A stretch of DNA of 38,926 nucleotides from a virus (lineage: Duplodnaviria > Caudoviricetes), in the IMG/VR virus record IMGVR_UViG_3300031466_000009, positions 1 to 38,926 of that record. One strand, 5' to 3'. Numbering within the stretch: position 1 is the stretch's first letter; the number at the start of each line of letters is the position of its first letter. A program made the translations under genes and the position numbers. Shown here in pieces: positions 25,093-35,026 of this stretch. The notes beneath the pieces are model-generated. The model was not told the DNA's origin, searched no databases, and was given only the letters and a program-made list of their open reading frames with translations.

Positions 25093-26464
25093 ATCGCATC
25101 ACCCTTTCAATCCTGGCTTTCACGGCCTGCATCAGGGCCTCTTGCCCAGTTTCCTTCCGTTCGATCGCCTCCACGGCTTCTTCATCCATCGTGTCTTCGG
25201 CGACATAGCGCCGGACGACGATCCGGTTTGCCAGCCCTTGACGATACACCCGGGCGATGGCCTGCTGATACTCTTCTAAGCTCCAGATCTGATCGAACCA
25301 AATCACCGTCTGGCAATTCGACTCCTGCAGGTTCAGCCCGTGGCCGGCAGATTTCGGATGTAGGCACAACAGCGGAATCTCGTTGTTGTTCCAGGCGCGG
25401 ATATCATCACGGCCCTCTTTACCTTTCCGCAGAACCCGCGCCTGCGGGAACCGTCGGCGAATCCGATCCAGGCTGTGCTGGTAGTAATAAAACACCATCA
25501 CCGGCTTTCCGTTCGCCGCCTCGAGGTCGTCTTCCAGCTGATCCAGTTTGGCGTCGTGTATGTGCTTCACGCCGCGTTCTTCGTCGTAGACAGCGCCAGA
25601 CGCCATCTGCAGCAGTTTGTTCGACAGGACGGCTGCCGTCTGTGCCACTACATCCGCATCTTCGTATTCCAAAAGCAAATCGTGTTCCAGCTTCCTGTAG
25701 AGATCCCGCGGCTTTCCTGTGATGCGGATTGGCACCGTCAGCTCGATCTTCTCCGGCAAATCCAGCCAATCTTCGGCTTTCATGCTGACCACAATATCGC
25801 TGATTGCCTCGAAGATCCGCTGCTCCGCCTCTTTTTTCGCGTGCCACTTGTAGACGATGTGACCACTGCGCTCACCGGGTACAAAGTACCGGTCGCGGAA
25901 TCCGGTGATCGTCTTTCCCAACCGCTCGCCCTGATCCAGCAGGTAGATTTGCGCCCACAGGTCCATCAGTCCGTTCGGCGCCGGGGTTCCCGTGAGCCCC
26001 ACCACCCGACGGATCATCGGCCGCACCCGGCGGAGTGCCCGGAAACGCTTGGATTGGTGATTCTTGAAGCTGGAGAGCTCGTCAATGACGACCATATCGA
26101 ACGGCCATTTGCTGCCGTATTCGCTGACCAGCCATTCGACATTCTCGCGGTTAATGATCCAGATGTCGGCCTCCTGCCGCAGCGCCCGGCGCCGCTGTTC
26201 TATGGTTCCCAGCACCTTCGCAATTCGAAGATGACGCAGGTGGTCCCATTTTTCGATTTCCCGCGGCCAGGTATCTTCGGCTACGCGGAGAGGCGCGATG
26301 ACCAGGATGCGACCGGCGTCAAAGTAGTCATTCAGCAAAAGGTCGATGGCAGTTAAGGTCGAGACGGTCTTCCCGAGACCCATCTCCAGCAGCAAAGCGA
26401 TGTATGGCGTTTCAATGATCCGCTGGATCGCATATTCCTGGTACTTGTGCGGAATGAATTTCAC
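25067..26464 (-). CDS. SNF2-like SF2 helicase
   Basis: MGLGKT, DELS, LTGTP, SAGHGLNLQ and Q...RVYRQG motifs. Confidence 0.95.
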   Translation of the reverse strand: MKFIPHKYQEYAIQRIIETPYIALLLEMGLGKTVSTLTAIDLLLNDYFDAGRILVIAPLRVAEDTWPREIEKWDHLRHLRIAKVLGTIEQRRRALRQEADIWIINRENVEWLVSEYGSKWPFDMVVIDELSSFKNHQSKRFRALRRVRPMIRRVVGLTGTPAPNGLMDLWAQIYLLDQGERLGKTITGFRDRYFVPGERSGHIVYKWHAKKEAEQRIFEAISDIVVSMKAEDWLDLPEKIELTVPIRITGKPRDLYRKLEHDLLLEYEDADVVAQTAAVLSNKLLQMASGAVYDEERGVKHIHDAKLDQLEDDLEAANGKPVMVFYYYQHSLDRIRRRFPQARVLRKGKEGRDDIRAWNNNEIPLLCLHPKSAGHGLNLQESNCQTVIWFDQIWSLEEYQQAIARVYRQGLANRIVVRRYVAEDTMDEEAVEAIERKETGQEALMQAVKARIERVMRYVGTGKTG

Positions 26465-26739
26465 CCGCTCACCTCCCGGATGAACTTCTCGATGTCTTCG
26501 GCAGAGTCGATCTTGTAATGCTTGTGCCCCAGTTGCTCCAGCTTCTTTTTCCACTTCCGCTGCAACGGCTCCAGCGGCTTCCCCGGCGCCTTCAACTCGA
26601 CATATACCGTTCGCCCGCGCGGCAAGATCACAACCCGATCGGGTACGCCCCGGTTACCCGGGCTTACCCACTTTGGCGCCTCCCCGCCAATGGCTTCCAC
26701 CGCCAGACGAAACTTTCGTTCCAACGATGACTCTCGCAT
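26461..26739 (-). CDS. VRR-NUC nuclease
   Basis: SPG.RGVPDR...YVELKAPG....PLQ motif. Confidence 0.93.
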   Translation of the reverse strand: MRESSLERKFRLAVEAIGGEAPKWVSPGNRGVPDRVVILPRGRTVYVELKAPGKPLEPLQRKWKKKLEQLGHKHYKIDSAEDIEKFIREVSG

Positions 26740-26754
26740 CCATCTGCCTCCATT

Positions 26755-27010
26755 CCGGTGGTTGCCATTTTGCCGCCTACGCGCGCGTACTGTTTATTTT
26801 CCCGTTTAACTATAGTGTGTATATACTTAAATCAATTTTTACTTAATTAATAGAAGTAACGGCAACAACGGCAACCAATGGTCAAACACCCTATATTGAC
26901 GCTGCTTTTTGCGGTTTCCGTGAACATCGATTTCCGGCAACTTTGCGGCAACCGGGGCAACCGGTCACGGCAACCCCGGCAACTGGTTGGCAACTGATTG
27001 CGGCAACCGC
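26755..27010. repeat. Putative replication origin: GGCAAC iterons plus AT-rich tract
   Basis: About nine GGCAAC copies at 26861-27007, one inverted copy at 26761, AT-rich tract at ~26805-26858, at the 3' end of the primase-helicase. Confidence 0.75.
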
Positions 27011-29343
27011 TCAAATACCCGTTGAACGCCATACCCAGGTACGCGTGCTTTACCGGGACGCTCCGTCCATCCTGGAATGTTGCGGAGGATATCCATGATT
27101 TCCTTTGCCTCCCACGGCCTCATGTCGCCCCTTCGCTTTCCGAGGCACTCCACCCAAATCTGGGCCGCACATACACGCTGCCGCTTTTGACCGGTTGGCC
27201 GATCCATTTCGTCCAGCTCTTCAGACTCCAGCCACTCCAGGATCAACCCTTCCCGCGGGTCACTTTCCATATGTGCCGATTGCCGCCGCTCTGCTTCTTC
27301 ACGGACTTCCGAATCCAGTTCGAGGCCCTCGCCCGCCTTGTACCACGTCAGCACTTCAGCCCAGATTTGCCGGACTTCCTCATCGTCTAAATGCTCCCAG
27401 TGGCTCTTCTCGGCCCTTTCCGGCACCACTTCAACCGGCCAAAATCGGCGGTTCCCGGTCGTGTCCCGCAGGAATTCCCGGCTATTCGTCGTGCCGAAGA
27501 ATACGCATTTCCGCGGGAACTCCGAAACCTGCCGGTCATAGGCCACACGGTATCGGTCCTCTGTTTTTGACAAAAATGCCTTGACCTCTTCGACCTCGGA
27601 TTTCTTCATGGCGCTGAGCTCGCCGATTTCGAAGATCCAGCCGTTCTGCAGGTGCTCGCCGGCCTCCTTATTCTCGAACGTCCGCAGGCTGTCGCTGAAC
27701 CAGTCTCGGCCCAGCTTCGCCAATATGCTGCTTTTCCCGGCCCCCTGCGGGCCGACCAGAACAAGCATTTGGTCGAACTTGCATCCGGGCTGATAGAGTC
27801 GCGTGACGGCCGCAAGGAGCATCTTCCGTGTCACCTGCCGCGTGTAGAGCGTGTCGGCCGCGCCGAGGTAGGTCACGAACACCCGCTCTGCGCGCTCGAT
27901 GCCGTCCCATTTCCTGCTTTCCACGTAAGCCTTGATCGGGTGAAACGTGTTCCGGTGGACCACTTCTGTAAAGGCATTCTGGATAAGCCGACCAGACTGG
28001 ATTCCGTGCGTTTTCGCGAACCAGTGCAACAGGCGCTTGTCGTCAGCTGCCAGCCACGGTTCATATGTCCGGTGCGGCCGCTCACGCTCCCGCCAGGGCA
28101 ACGGTTTGCGGATGACTTCCGTATTCCCGAAGGCGTCATAGGCCAGCACACCGCGCCAGATGCCGTGCGTGAGGATCAGCTCCACGTTGCCGGCTGTGGG
28201 CAGGAGCGCCCCAGTTTTGGGATGCCTCTCGAGCTGCTCCAGCCAGCTGTCATCCTCCGGGTCTTCGTCGTCGAGGTCCATGTCGCCGAAATCAGACTGC
28301 AGGTCGACCTGCATCTCGGCGCCGGCGAGGCGTTTCACTTCCGGAAGATTGATCGCCCAGCGCTCCGTGGCCAGATGGCTCGGTTTTTTCGCATCCGGTG
28401 TGTGCTCCTTCACGTTCTCGTCCAGATGACCGAATTTGTGGACTCGGACGAGATCGAACAGGTTGTATGTCCGCCCGTCGGCCACCGGGTCGCTGTCCTG
28501 ATGCGAATAGGCCAAATCCTGATCCGGGAACACCTGCAGTCCGTTCGCGCTGGTGCCGTGCACGTAGGTGTACCGATGCGGCATTGTGCCCGGCACGTAC
28601 ACGTCGGACAGAAACGTCTCGATGCCCACCTCAATCGGAAACGCCCGGCAAAACAGCCCGATTGTGCCCATCTTCTCCCGCGGATCTTGTGCTTTGGTTG
28701 TGATAGATCGGAGCACTTTCGAATCATCCGGGTGCCGCGGCCAGCTCATGACGTCCGTCCAGTCGTCGTATTCCGCAAGCAGCGAATCGACGTCGACCGG
28801 ATCGCCTTCGTAGATTTCCAGCACAGGCTCCGCGTCTTTGCTGCAGCTGGGCAGATACATGAGCCGGTGCACGTCGAAGGTCGTCTTGTCGAAGTAATGC
28901 ATGCCGATCTTCTCCGCGAGCTTCCGGCTGGCGGCGGCATACTCGTCCGGGCTCATTCGCCGGCTGGCGGGCACAATTAGCCGGTACTTCGGCTTCTGCG
29001 GCCGGTGGCTGTGCGTTGAATAGACGGCATATGCAGATCCGCCCAAGACGAGCTCGCAGTCGAACAGAAAATCCTCCGTCGCAAAGTCCGCATCCAGCGT
29101 AATCAAGCTGCGGGAGTCGATGTTCTCTTTCTTTCGACGGCCGCCGCGGATGAGCCCGCCGACGAATGCAGGCCCATCCTTCACCCGCCCCTTCTGTGCC
29201 GGGTTCATGCGGTCATACTGCGCCATCGTCTCGTTCGTGCGGCGTAACTTCCGCAGCCGTTCGACGAACTCTTCCCAGGTGAGGTATTCAGGTTTCCAGT
29301 TTGTGTCGGCTCGGTGCTTGCCGAAGCTGATATCCAGTTCCAT
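26965..29343 (-). CDS. VapE (virulence-associated E) primase-helicase
   Basis: N-terminal primase-like YSTHSH...RL..P; C-terminal PGCKFD, GPQGAGKS, EIGEL, GTTN and DTTGNRRFWP. Confidence 0.93.
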   Translation of the reverse strand: MELDISFGKHRADTNWKPEYLTWEEFVERLRKLRRTNETMAQYDRMNPAQKGRVKDGPAFVGGLIRGGRRKKENIDSRSLITLDADFATEDFLFDCELVLGGSAYAVYSTHSHRPQKPKYRLIVPASRRMSPDEYAAASRKLAEKIGMHYFDKTTFDVHRLMYLPSCSKDAEPVLEIYEGDPVDVDSLLAEYDDWTDVMSWPRHPDDSKVLRSITTKAQDPREKMGTIGLFCRAFPIEVGIETFLSDVYVPGTMPHRYTYVHGTSANGLQVFPDQDLAYSHQDSDPVADGRTYNLFDLVRVHKFGHLDENVKEHTPDAKKPSHLATERWAINLPEVKRLAGAEMQVDLQSDFGDMDLDDEDPEDDSWLEQLERHPKTGALLPTAGNVELILTHGIWRGVLAYDAFGNTEVIRKPLPWRERERPHRTYEPWLAADDKRLLHWFAKTHGIQSGRLIQNAFTEVVHRNTFHPIKAYVESRKWDGIERAERVFVTYLGAADTLYTRQVTRKMLLAAVTRLYQPGCKFDQMLVLVGPQGAGKSSILAKLGRDWFSDSLRTFENKEAGEHLQNGWIFEIGELSAMKKSEVEEVKAFLSKTEDRYRVAYDRQVSEFPRKCVFFGTTNSREFLRDTTGNRRFWPVEVVPERAEKSHWEHLDDEEVRQIWAEVLTWYKAGEGLELDSEVREEAERRQSAHMESDPREGLILEWLESEELDEMDRPTGQKRQRVCAAQIWVECLGKRRGDMRPWEAKEIMDILRNIPGWTERPGKARVPGYGVQRVFERLPQSVANQLPGLP

Positions 29344-29348
29344 TGGAC

Positions 29349-30350
29349 TCACCCCAACATTTCGTCGAACACTTCATCCACCGCCATCCGGAGGTTGTTC
29401 ACAGCCACACGGTAGTAGCTCTCCTTAAGCTCTACCCCGACGAACCGGCGGCCCATTTTGATCGCTTGGTACCCTTCGCTGCCGATTCCGGCGAACGGGC
29501 TGAATACGATATCCCCGGGATTGCTCCAAAGCTCCACGCCGCGAGCGATCACGTCCAGCTGCAGCGGGCAAATGTGCTTTTCGTCCTTTTCGTCCCGGGC
29601 GGATTTGTACTGGAGCGTGTAAGTCTGCCGAATGTCCATCCAAACTGGAGATGCGTATCGGCGCCAGACATGATGCGAATACACCGGATCCTCTTTTGCC
29701 AGCGAGATGTTTTTGTGTACCCGGCTGTCTTTCAACTCCGGCAGCTTTTTCGGCGCTTTCGGCTCATTCTCCCCGATGAATCGCGTAAACCCGTCGGGAT
29801 GTGCGATTGGCTCCGGGTTGTCCCCCGGTTTCCGCATAGTGATCAGATAATCCGGCAGGCCCTGGCGACACATCGCAGAATCCTTGACAATCTGCTTGTG
29901 CATCAGCCCGAGTGCCTTCGTCCGGGTAGCCTCGATGAGCGGATCTTTCCAGATCACCACTTTGGAGTGATAGATGAACCCCTCATCTTCAAACGCCTGC
30001 CGAAGCTGTGCCGGAAAGTCCTTCAGCCCGATATACCCATCCCGACTCTTCATTATCGGTAAGTCCATACAGTGGAAGCTCACCAACCGCCCGGGGATCA
30101 TGACCCTGTACAGTTCCCGGATCAGGAAACGGAAATGCTCGAAAAACTCCTCGTCGCTCCGGCAGTTCCCCATGTCCCGGTCGCTGTTGCTGTACGTGTA
30201 CAGGCTGGTGAACGGCGGCGAGAAGATGGAATAATGAATGCTGTTGTCCGGCAGTCCGCGGGTTATCTCCACGCAATCGCCGTTGTAAATAGCGAAATCG
30301 TCCTCAATGACTTGGTCGATCGCATTAACCGGTTGCTGCAAAATTCTCAC
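29349..30350 (-). CDS. DNA amino-methyltransferase (N4-C/N6-A, beta class)
   Basis: Motif IV SPPF near the N-terminus, HICP, motif I PFAGIGS near the C-terminus. Confidence 0.92.
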   Translation of the reverse strand: MRILQQPVNAIDQVIEDDFAIYNGDCVEITRGLPDNSIHYSIFSPPFTSLYTYSNSDRDMGNCRSDEEFFEHFRFLIRELYRVMIPGRLVSFHCMDLPIMKSRDGYIGLKDFPAQLRQAFEDEGFIYHSKVVIWKDPLIEATRTKALGLMHKQIVKDSAMCRQGLPDYLITMRKPGDNPEPIAHPDGFTRFIGENEPKAPKKLPELKDSRVHKNISLAKEDPVYSHHVWRRYASPVWMDIRQTYTLQYKSARDEKDEKHICPLQLDVIARGVELWSNPGDIVFSPFAGIGSEGYQAIKMGRRFVGVELKESYYRVAVNNLRMAVDEVFDEMLG

Positions 30351-31704
30351 TCCTTAACCACGGCGGAATGATCAACGGCTGCCGCGCGTCGTATTCGGCG
30401 ACGTCGCGATCCGCGGCTCGGATGGCTTCTGATGTAATGTCTTTGGTGTACTTGATCATTTCGTCCAGCATCTTCCGGAAGTCCGCTTCCTTGCGCTTGA
30501 TGTTGTCGGCCACGGCACCTTCCCGCGTCGTCGTAATCATGTGGACGTTCACCGGTCGGGTTTGGCCGAAGCGATAGCAGCGCCGGATCGCCTGGAAGAC
30601 TTGCTCGAAGCTGTCCGAGAGACCGACGAAAGCCATGTCGGCACAGTGCTGCCAGTTCATCCCGAATCCGGCGATGGACGGTTTGGTGACCAGCACGCGG
30701 ATTTTGCCGGCGGCGAAGTCGAGCATTGCCTGTTCCTTGAACGCCGGCTTGTCGCTCCCCTTCACCTCGACAGCGCCCGGGATGGCCGCCGCCAGCATCT
30801 CCGATTCGACGTTCAGGTCGCACCAGACGAGGAACGGCCGATCCGTCGCGTTGACGATCTCTGCGCAGGCCGCCACCCGTTCGGCAACAGTCTCCCGGCG
30901 CGCCCGCTGCCGCTGCGACAGCGTCTTGGCCGGCTCTCCGCCTACGTCGATCACGACGTCCTGCACGTTCAACGGCGGCAGGATATATCCGTCATCCGGG
31001 TATCCGAGATCGGACGGTTTTTCGAGCATGACACCCCAAGAGGCCACCCACCTCCAGAACGCATCTTCCGCATGGCCTTTCAGGCGCCATTTCTGCGTTT
31101 CGCCGCCGTCGTGAACGAAAAACGTGGACAGCATTTCCGTCCGACTCATGACGCCCAGGAACTCCGCATGGTTTCCGAGTTCCATGTAGTCGTTCGGTGC
31201 CGGCGTCGCCGTGCAGGCCAGGCGGTACGGCGTAAAGGCGAACGATTCGATCAGTTCTGTTCGGGTCTTCCCGGTGAAAGACTTCAGGATGGAGCTCTCG
31301 TCCAGCACCACGCCCTCAAACAGCAGCGGCTCGAAATGATGCAACATTTCGTAGTTCGTGATGTTGAGCCCGGGCCGGACGTCGTCCTGACTCCGACATA
31401 TCGTGATCTCGTAACCGAGCTCCGCGGCCTCCCGGACAGTCTGCGCGGCGACAGCGAGCGGCGCGAGCATGAGCACGTCGCCGCCGCTGAGCTTGTGGAC
31501 GTGCATCGCCCATTCCGTTTGCATCCGGGTCTTGCCCAGTCCGGTGCCGGCAAAGATCGCCGCGCGCCCGCGCCGCAACGCCCAGCGAACGATGTCTTTC
31601 TGGAAGTCGAACAAGCTGGGGTGTAGCGTGTCGCGGTCGATGCTGAACCCTGCCGGCGGCATAGTTGTGCGTTTGGAATGGATGAAATCTTCGTAAGTAG
31701 TCAC
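30325..31704 (-). CDS. SF2 helicase-like protein linked to methyltransferase
   Basis: TGLGKT, DESS, TATPAPND, GFGMNWQ and QAIRRCYRFGQ motifs. Confidence 0.92.
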   Translation of the reverse strand: MTTYEDFIHSKRTTMPPAGFSIDRDTLHPSLFDFQKDIVRWALRRGRAAIFAGTGLGKTRMQTEWAMHVHKLSGGDVLMLAPLAVAAQTVREAAELGYEITICRSQDDVRPGLNITNYEMLHHFEPLLFEGVVLDESSILKSFTGKTRTELIESFAFTPYRLACTATPAPNDYMELGNHAEFLGVMSRTEMLSTFFVHDGGETQKWRLKGHAEDAFWRWVASWGVMLEKPSDLGYPDDGYILPPLNVQDVVIDVGGEPAKTLSQRQRARRETVAERVAACAEIVNATDRPFLVWCDLNVESEMLAAAIPGAVEVKGSDKPAFKEQAMLDFAAGKIRVLVTKPSIAGFGMNWQHCADMAFVGLSDSFEQVFQAIRRCYRFGQTRPVNVHMITTTREGAVADNIKRKEADFRKMLDEMIKYTKDITSEAIRAADRDVAEYDARQPLIIPPWLRSENFAATG

Positions 31705-33068
31705 GCAAGCATCGCCTCCCAGGAAAACCGATCTGTCCCTTCCGGTATGCATAGTTCTGGCAAATTCGCGCGGATAATCGCCTCGGCAAACTGTGGCGGG
31801 ACAGCGTTCCCACATTTCGCGACCTGTTCTTTCTTTGGAATAGGTCGTCCCTCATGATCGCGGTCGAAAATGTATCCCGGCGGGAACCCCTGTCCGGCGT
31901 AAAGCTCGTGCGGCTCGAGCATCCGAAGCCCAATGTCCACGATCTTGTACGGTGTTCCCCGCACCATCACCAGTCCGAACCGGTCTTTGGTGACGATAGT
32001 AGCCAGCGGCTCGTCCAAGCTCTGTCCGATGCTCGATCCGTAGTACGCGATCAGGAACGCATACACCCGTTCCGTGTTCGGATTGACCTTCTCCGCTTTC
32101 TGCAGGCGTGCCGTAACGAGAGCAAACCGATTGCTTGTGTCTTGCGTCAGTAGCGGCCTGTCCAGCGTCTGTCCTCTCGGATCGTTCGTTGTTTCCGTGT
32201 GATACTTCGCCAGAAACGCTGCCACCGGTCCGGAATGATCGCCTTCCTTCCATTCCACCGGGGCGATGAACGGGTCAGGGTTGTTAATGATGAACTTCCA
32301 CACACCCAATCCGATACGCCGCAATGTATTCTCGGCCAGTGGACGGACGGTTCGAATGCCGTGTTTCGCCTTGATTTCTTCCGTGGTGTCGAAGATCGAC
32401 GGGCACGGAATTGACCAGTCGATGATCTCGCCGGCCGTTCTCCACGGCTTCAACCTCCCTACTTGAACCGCCGGACTGTTCGGATCGCCATGCGTTGGCT
32501 CCGGCCAGACAATCGGACGGCCGTCACAGCGAGCGATCAGAAAGAACCGTTTGCGGATTGTCGGCGCACCGTAGTCGCAGGCCCGCAACTCTCGCCATTC
32601 GACGTCGTATCCCTGCCGGCGCAGGGCGTTTACGAAACTGCGGAACGTCCTTCCCTTTTGCTTTGGATCGGGGAATCCTTCCGGCGTGAGTGGACCCCAA
32701 TCCTGGAATTCTTCGACATTCTCCAGTACGATCACCCGCGGTTTTGCAATGGCAGCCCAGCGAATTGCTACCCATGCCAGACCGCGAATGTGTTTCTCCC
32801 GCGGCTTCCCACCACGCGCCTTGCTGTGGTGGGTGCAATCCGGGCTGAACCATCCCAGCGCGACCGGTCTTCCTTTCGTAGCTTCCCGGATGTTGACATG
32901 CCAAACGTTTTCGTTCAGGTGAAGCGTATTCGGATGGTTCGCCCGGTGCATGGCGATCGCCGCCGGATCGTGATTGATCGCAATGTCCACGCTGCGGCCA
33001 ATAGCCATTTCGATACCAGTAGAAGCCCCGCCACCACCGGCGAAATTGTCAACAATGAGTTCATGCAT
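31701..33068 (-). CDS. DNA (cytosine-5) methyltransferase
   Basis: FAGGGG, SPDC, ENV, R.R and GNAV motifs. Confidence 0.95.
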   Translation of the reverse strand: MHELIVDNFAGGGGASTGIEMAIGRSVDIAINHDPAAIAMHRANHPNTLHLNENVWHVNIREATKGRPVALGWFSPDCTHHSKARGGKPREKHIRGLAWVAIRWAAIAKPRVIVLENVEEFQDWGPLTPEGFPDPKQKGRTFRSFVNALRRQGYDVEWRELRACDYGAPTIRKRFFLIARCDGRPIVWPEPTHGDPNSPAVQVGRLKPWRTAGEIIDWSIPCPSIFDTTEEIKAKHGIRTVRPLAENTLRRIGLGVWKFIINNPDPFIAPVEWKEGDHSGPVAAFLAKYHTETTNDPRGQTLDRPLLTQDTSNRFALVTARLQKAEKVNPNTERVYAFLIAYYGSSIGQSLDEPLATIVTKDRFGLVMVRGTPYKIVDIGLRMLEPHELYAGQGFPPGYIFDRDHEGRPIPKKEQVAKCGNAVPPQFAEAIIRANLPELCIPEGTDRFSWEAMLA

Positions 33069-33073
33069 CTATA

Positions 33074-35026
33074 TCAGTCCTTCTGATAGAAGCTACATTC
33101 AAACCCTGCGGCCGCCAGCGGCAGACCCGGCGCCCAGTCGATCGGCTGACTCATGGTCTCCGTAACCTCTTCCACAGAGCCGAATCCGTGCGGCACATCC
33201 AGCACAACTTCGTCATGGACGTGCATGACGATGTCATACCCGAGCTCATCCAGCCGGGTCAGCGCGACAGCCAGACAGTCCCGGGCGATGGCCTGGACCA
33301 GGTTCTCCACGAGCCGGCCGCCGTAGGTGCGGTGCGACATCCACTTCTTTTTGACCTGGTCCATGCCGTCGAACACGACCCCGTCTTTACCAAAGTTCGG
33401 GTCCGGCTTGATTCGGGCGTTAACGTAGCAAAGGCTTCGACCGCTGGGGAGATCTGCAAACAGATTGCCGGCTTCGTACCGGTATCGGACACCGTGCTTG
33501 AGCGGCACGGTGGTCTTCTCCCGGACCGCGCGGACGGCGGCTTCTTCCGCGGCGTACCACAGTTTCACGATATTCGGGTTTGCCTCACGCCACTGCTTGA
33601 CGATCCGCGGGTAATCGTCCGGGTCGATCTCCTTCTTGGAATCCATCTTGGCGATCGCGTTCGGCCCGCCCTGGTACCCACATGCGAGCTCCCCGATCTT
33701 TCCGAAAGGCCGGTACTTGTAATTCTCGTGCCCCTTCACGATCGTCTCGAACGGGACGCCGAACATCCGGGACGCCGTCGCCTCGTACACTTTCCCGTGC
33801 CCGCGGAAGACTTCAAGCTTCCACTCTTCATCGGCCAACCAGGCGACCACCCGGCCCTCGATCGCCGAGAAGTCCGCGACGATAAAACGGCAGCCCGGCG
33901 ACGGAATGAATGCTGTTCGGATGAGTTGGGAGAGGACGAACGGCGGCGCGCCGAAGAGCAACTCCAACATCTCGAAGTCTCCGCTTCGAAGTGTCTCCCG
34001 CGCCAGCGCCAAATCCTCGATCTTGTTCTGCGGTAGATTCTGAACCTGAATGAGCCGCCCCGCCCACCGCCACGTCCGGTTCGCCCCGCAGAACTGTAGC
34101 AGCCCGCGGGCCCGCTCATCGGTACACATGCTGCGCTCCATGGCGTTGTATTTGTCGACACTCGTCTTGCCCATTTCCTGCCGCAACTCAAGCACTCGTT
34201 TTGTCTCGTCATCCGGCGCCCGATCCAGCAATACCGGCATGTGCTCTTTCGCCAGACTGTCGGCCTTCAATCCTCGATCGGCCAACCAGCCTTTCAACTG
34301 CTGATCACTGTTCGGATTTTCAAGCCCGGTCAGTTCCCGCGCTTCGGACATCAGCCGTTCCGTGTATTGCTCGTCACAGGCGATCGCCGCTCGGAACAGC
34401 ACTGGATCAAGACGGACGCCGCGGTCGTTGATGCGCTGGTCCAATGTCCATAACCGCCATTCATGATCCGGCACAGGAAACCGTTCAAGCTTCCGCCGGA
34501 TCTCGCGTTCCACCACCACGTCCTGCCGGCAATACTCAATGAACTGCTGCCATTTCTCCGGATCGTGTTCCGGGTAATTCCGGGTGCGGCCGCCGTTAGC
34601 TTTGGTCGGCCGGCAGGGCTTTGAGAAGTAATCAATCAGTGCCTTGCCTCGGCGATCCTTCTGGGCCTCCAGCTGGAGCACCTCAGCCACACCTTCCAGA
34701 TATCCCGGAAGCCCCAGCGTGAGCGCCCATACCGACGTACAGCGCCAGAATCGCGGGTCGCAGTAAATCCCATAATACTTACCGATCGATGTCCGTTCGA
34801 AATTGGCGTTGTAGGCGGTTTTGATCACGTCGCCCCGGAGCGCATCCAGCACGTCTTTCGGGATGTCCTCGTATGCCGTCAAATCGATCACCTGAACCGG
34901 GTCATCGTCGAAAGCGAAACCAAACAGCAGAATCTCGAAGTCCGGCGCTTCCACGTATCGGTACACGCCACATTTGATAAGGTCAACGCTGCTGTAGGTT
35001 TCAAGGTCGATCTGCAGGATGGTCAT
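33074..35026 (-). CDS. Phage family A DNA polymerase with 3'-5' exonuclease
   Basis: DLET exonuclease motif, DFSAIE (motif A), R...K...L...Y (motif B), VHDE (motif C). Confidence 0.96.
   Translation of the reverse strand: MTILQIDLETYSSVDLIKCGVYRYVEAPDFEILLFGFAFDDDPVQVIDLTAYEDIPKDVLDALRGDVIKTAYNANFERTSIGKYYGIYCDPRFWRCTSVWALTLGLPGYLEGVAEVLQLEAQKDRRGKALIDYFSKPCRPTKANGGRTRNYPEHDPEKWQQFIEYCRQDVVVEREIRRKLERFPVPDHEWRLWTLDQRINDRGVRLDPVLFRAAIACDEQYTERLMSEARELTGLENPNSDQQLKGWLADRGLKADSLAKEHMPVLLDRAPDDETKRVLELRQEMGKTSVDKYNAMERSMCTDERARGLLQFCGANRTWRWAGRLIQVQNLPQNKIEDLALARETLRSGDFEMLELLFGAPPFVLSQLIRTAFIPSPGCRFIVADFSAIEGRVVAWLADEEWKLEVFRGHGKVYEATASRMFGVPFETIVKGHENYKYRPFGKIGELACGYQGGPNAIAKMDSKKEIDPDDYPRIVKQWREANPNIVKLWYAAEEAAVRAVREKTTVPLKHGVRYRYEAGNLFADLPSGRSLCYVNARIKPDPNFGKDGVVFDGMDQVKKKWMSHRTYGGRLVENLVQAIARDCLAVALTRLDELGYDIVMHVHDEVVLDVPHGFGSVEEVTETMSQPIDWAPGLPLAAAGFECSFYQKD

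Noticed and set aside
27652-28980. 442-aa plus-strand ORF
   Set aside because: Antisense shadow of VapE; the same applies to most plus-strand ORFs in the track
30325-30350. Frameshift fusion of helicase and methyltransferase
   Set aside because: The MTase has its own AAGGAG RBS and there is no convincing slippery heptamer
29349-33068. Restriction-modification system
   Set aside because: No cognate endonuclease or specificity subunit is recognisable
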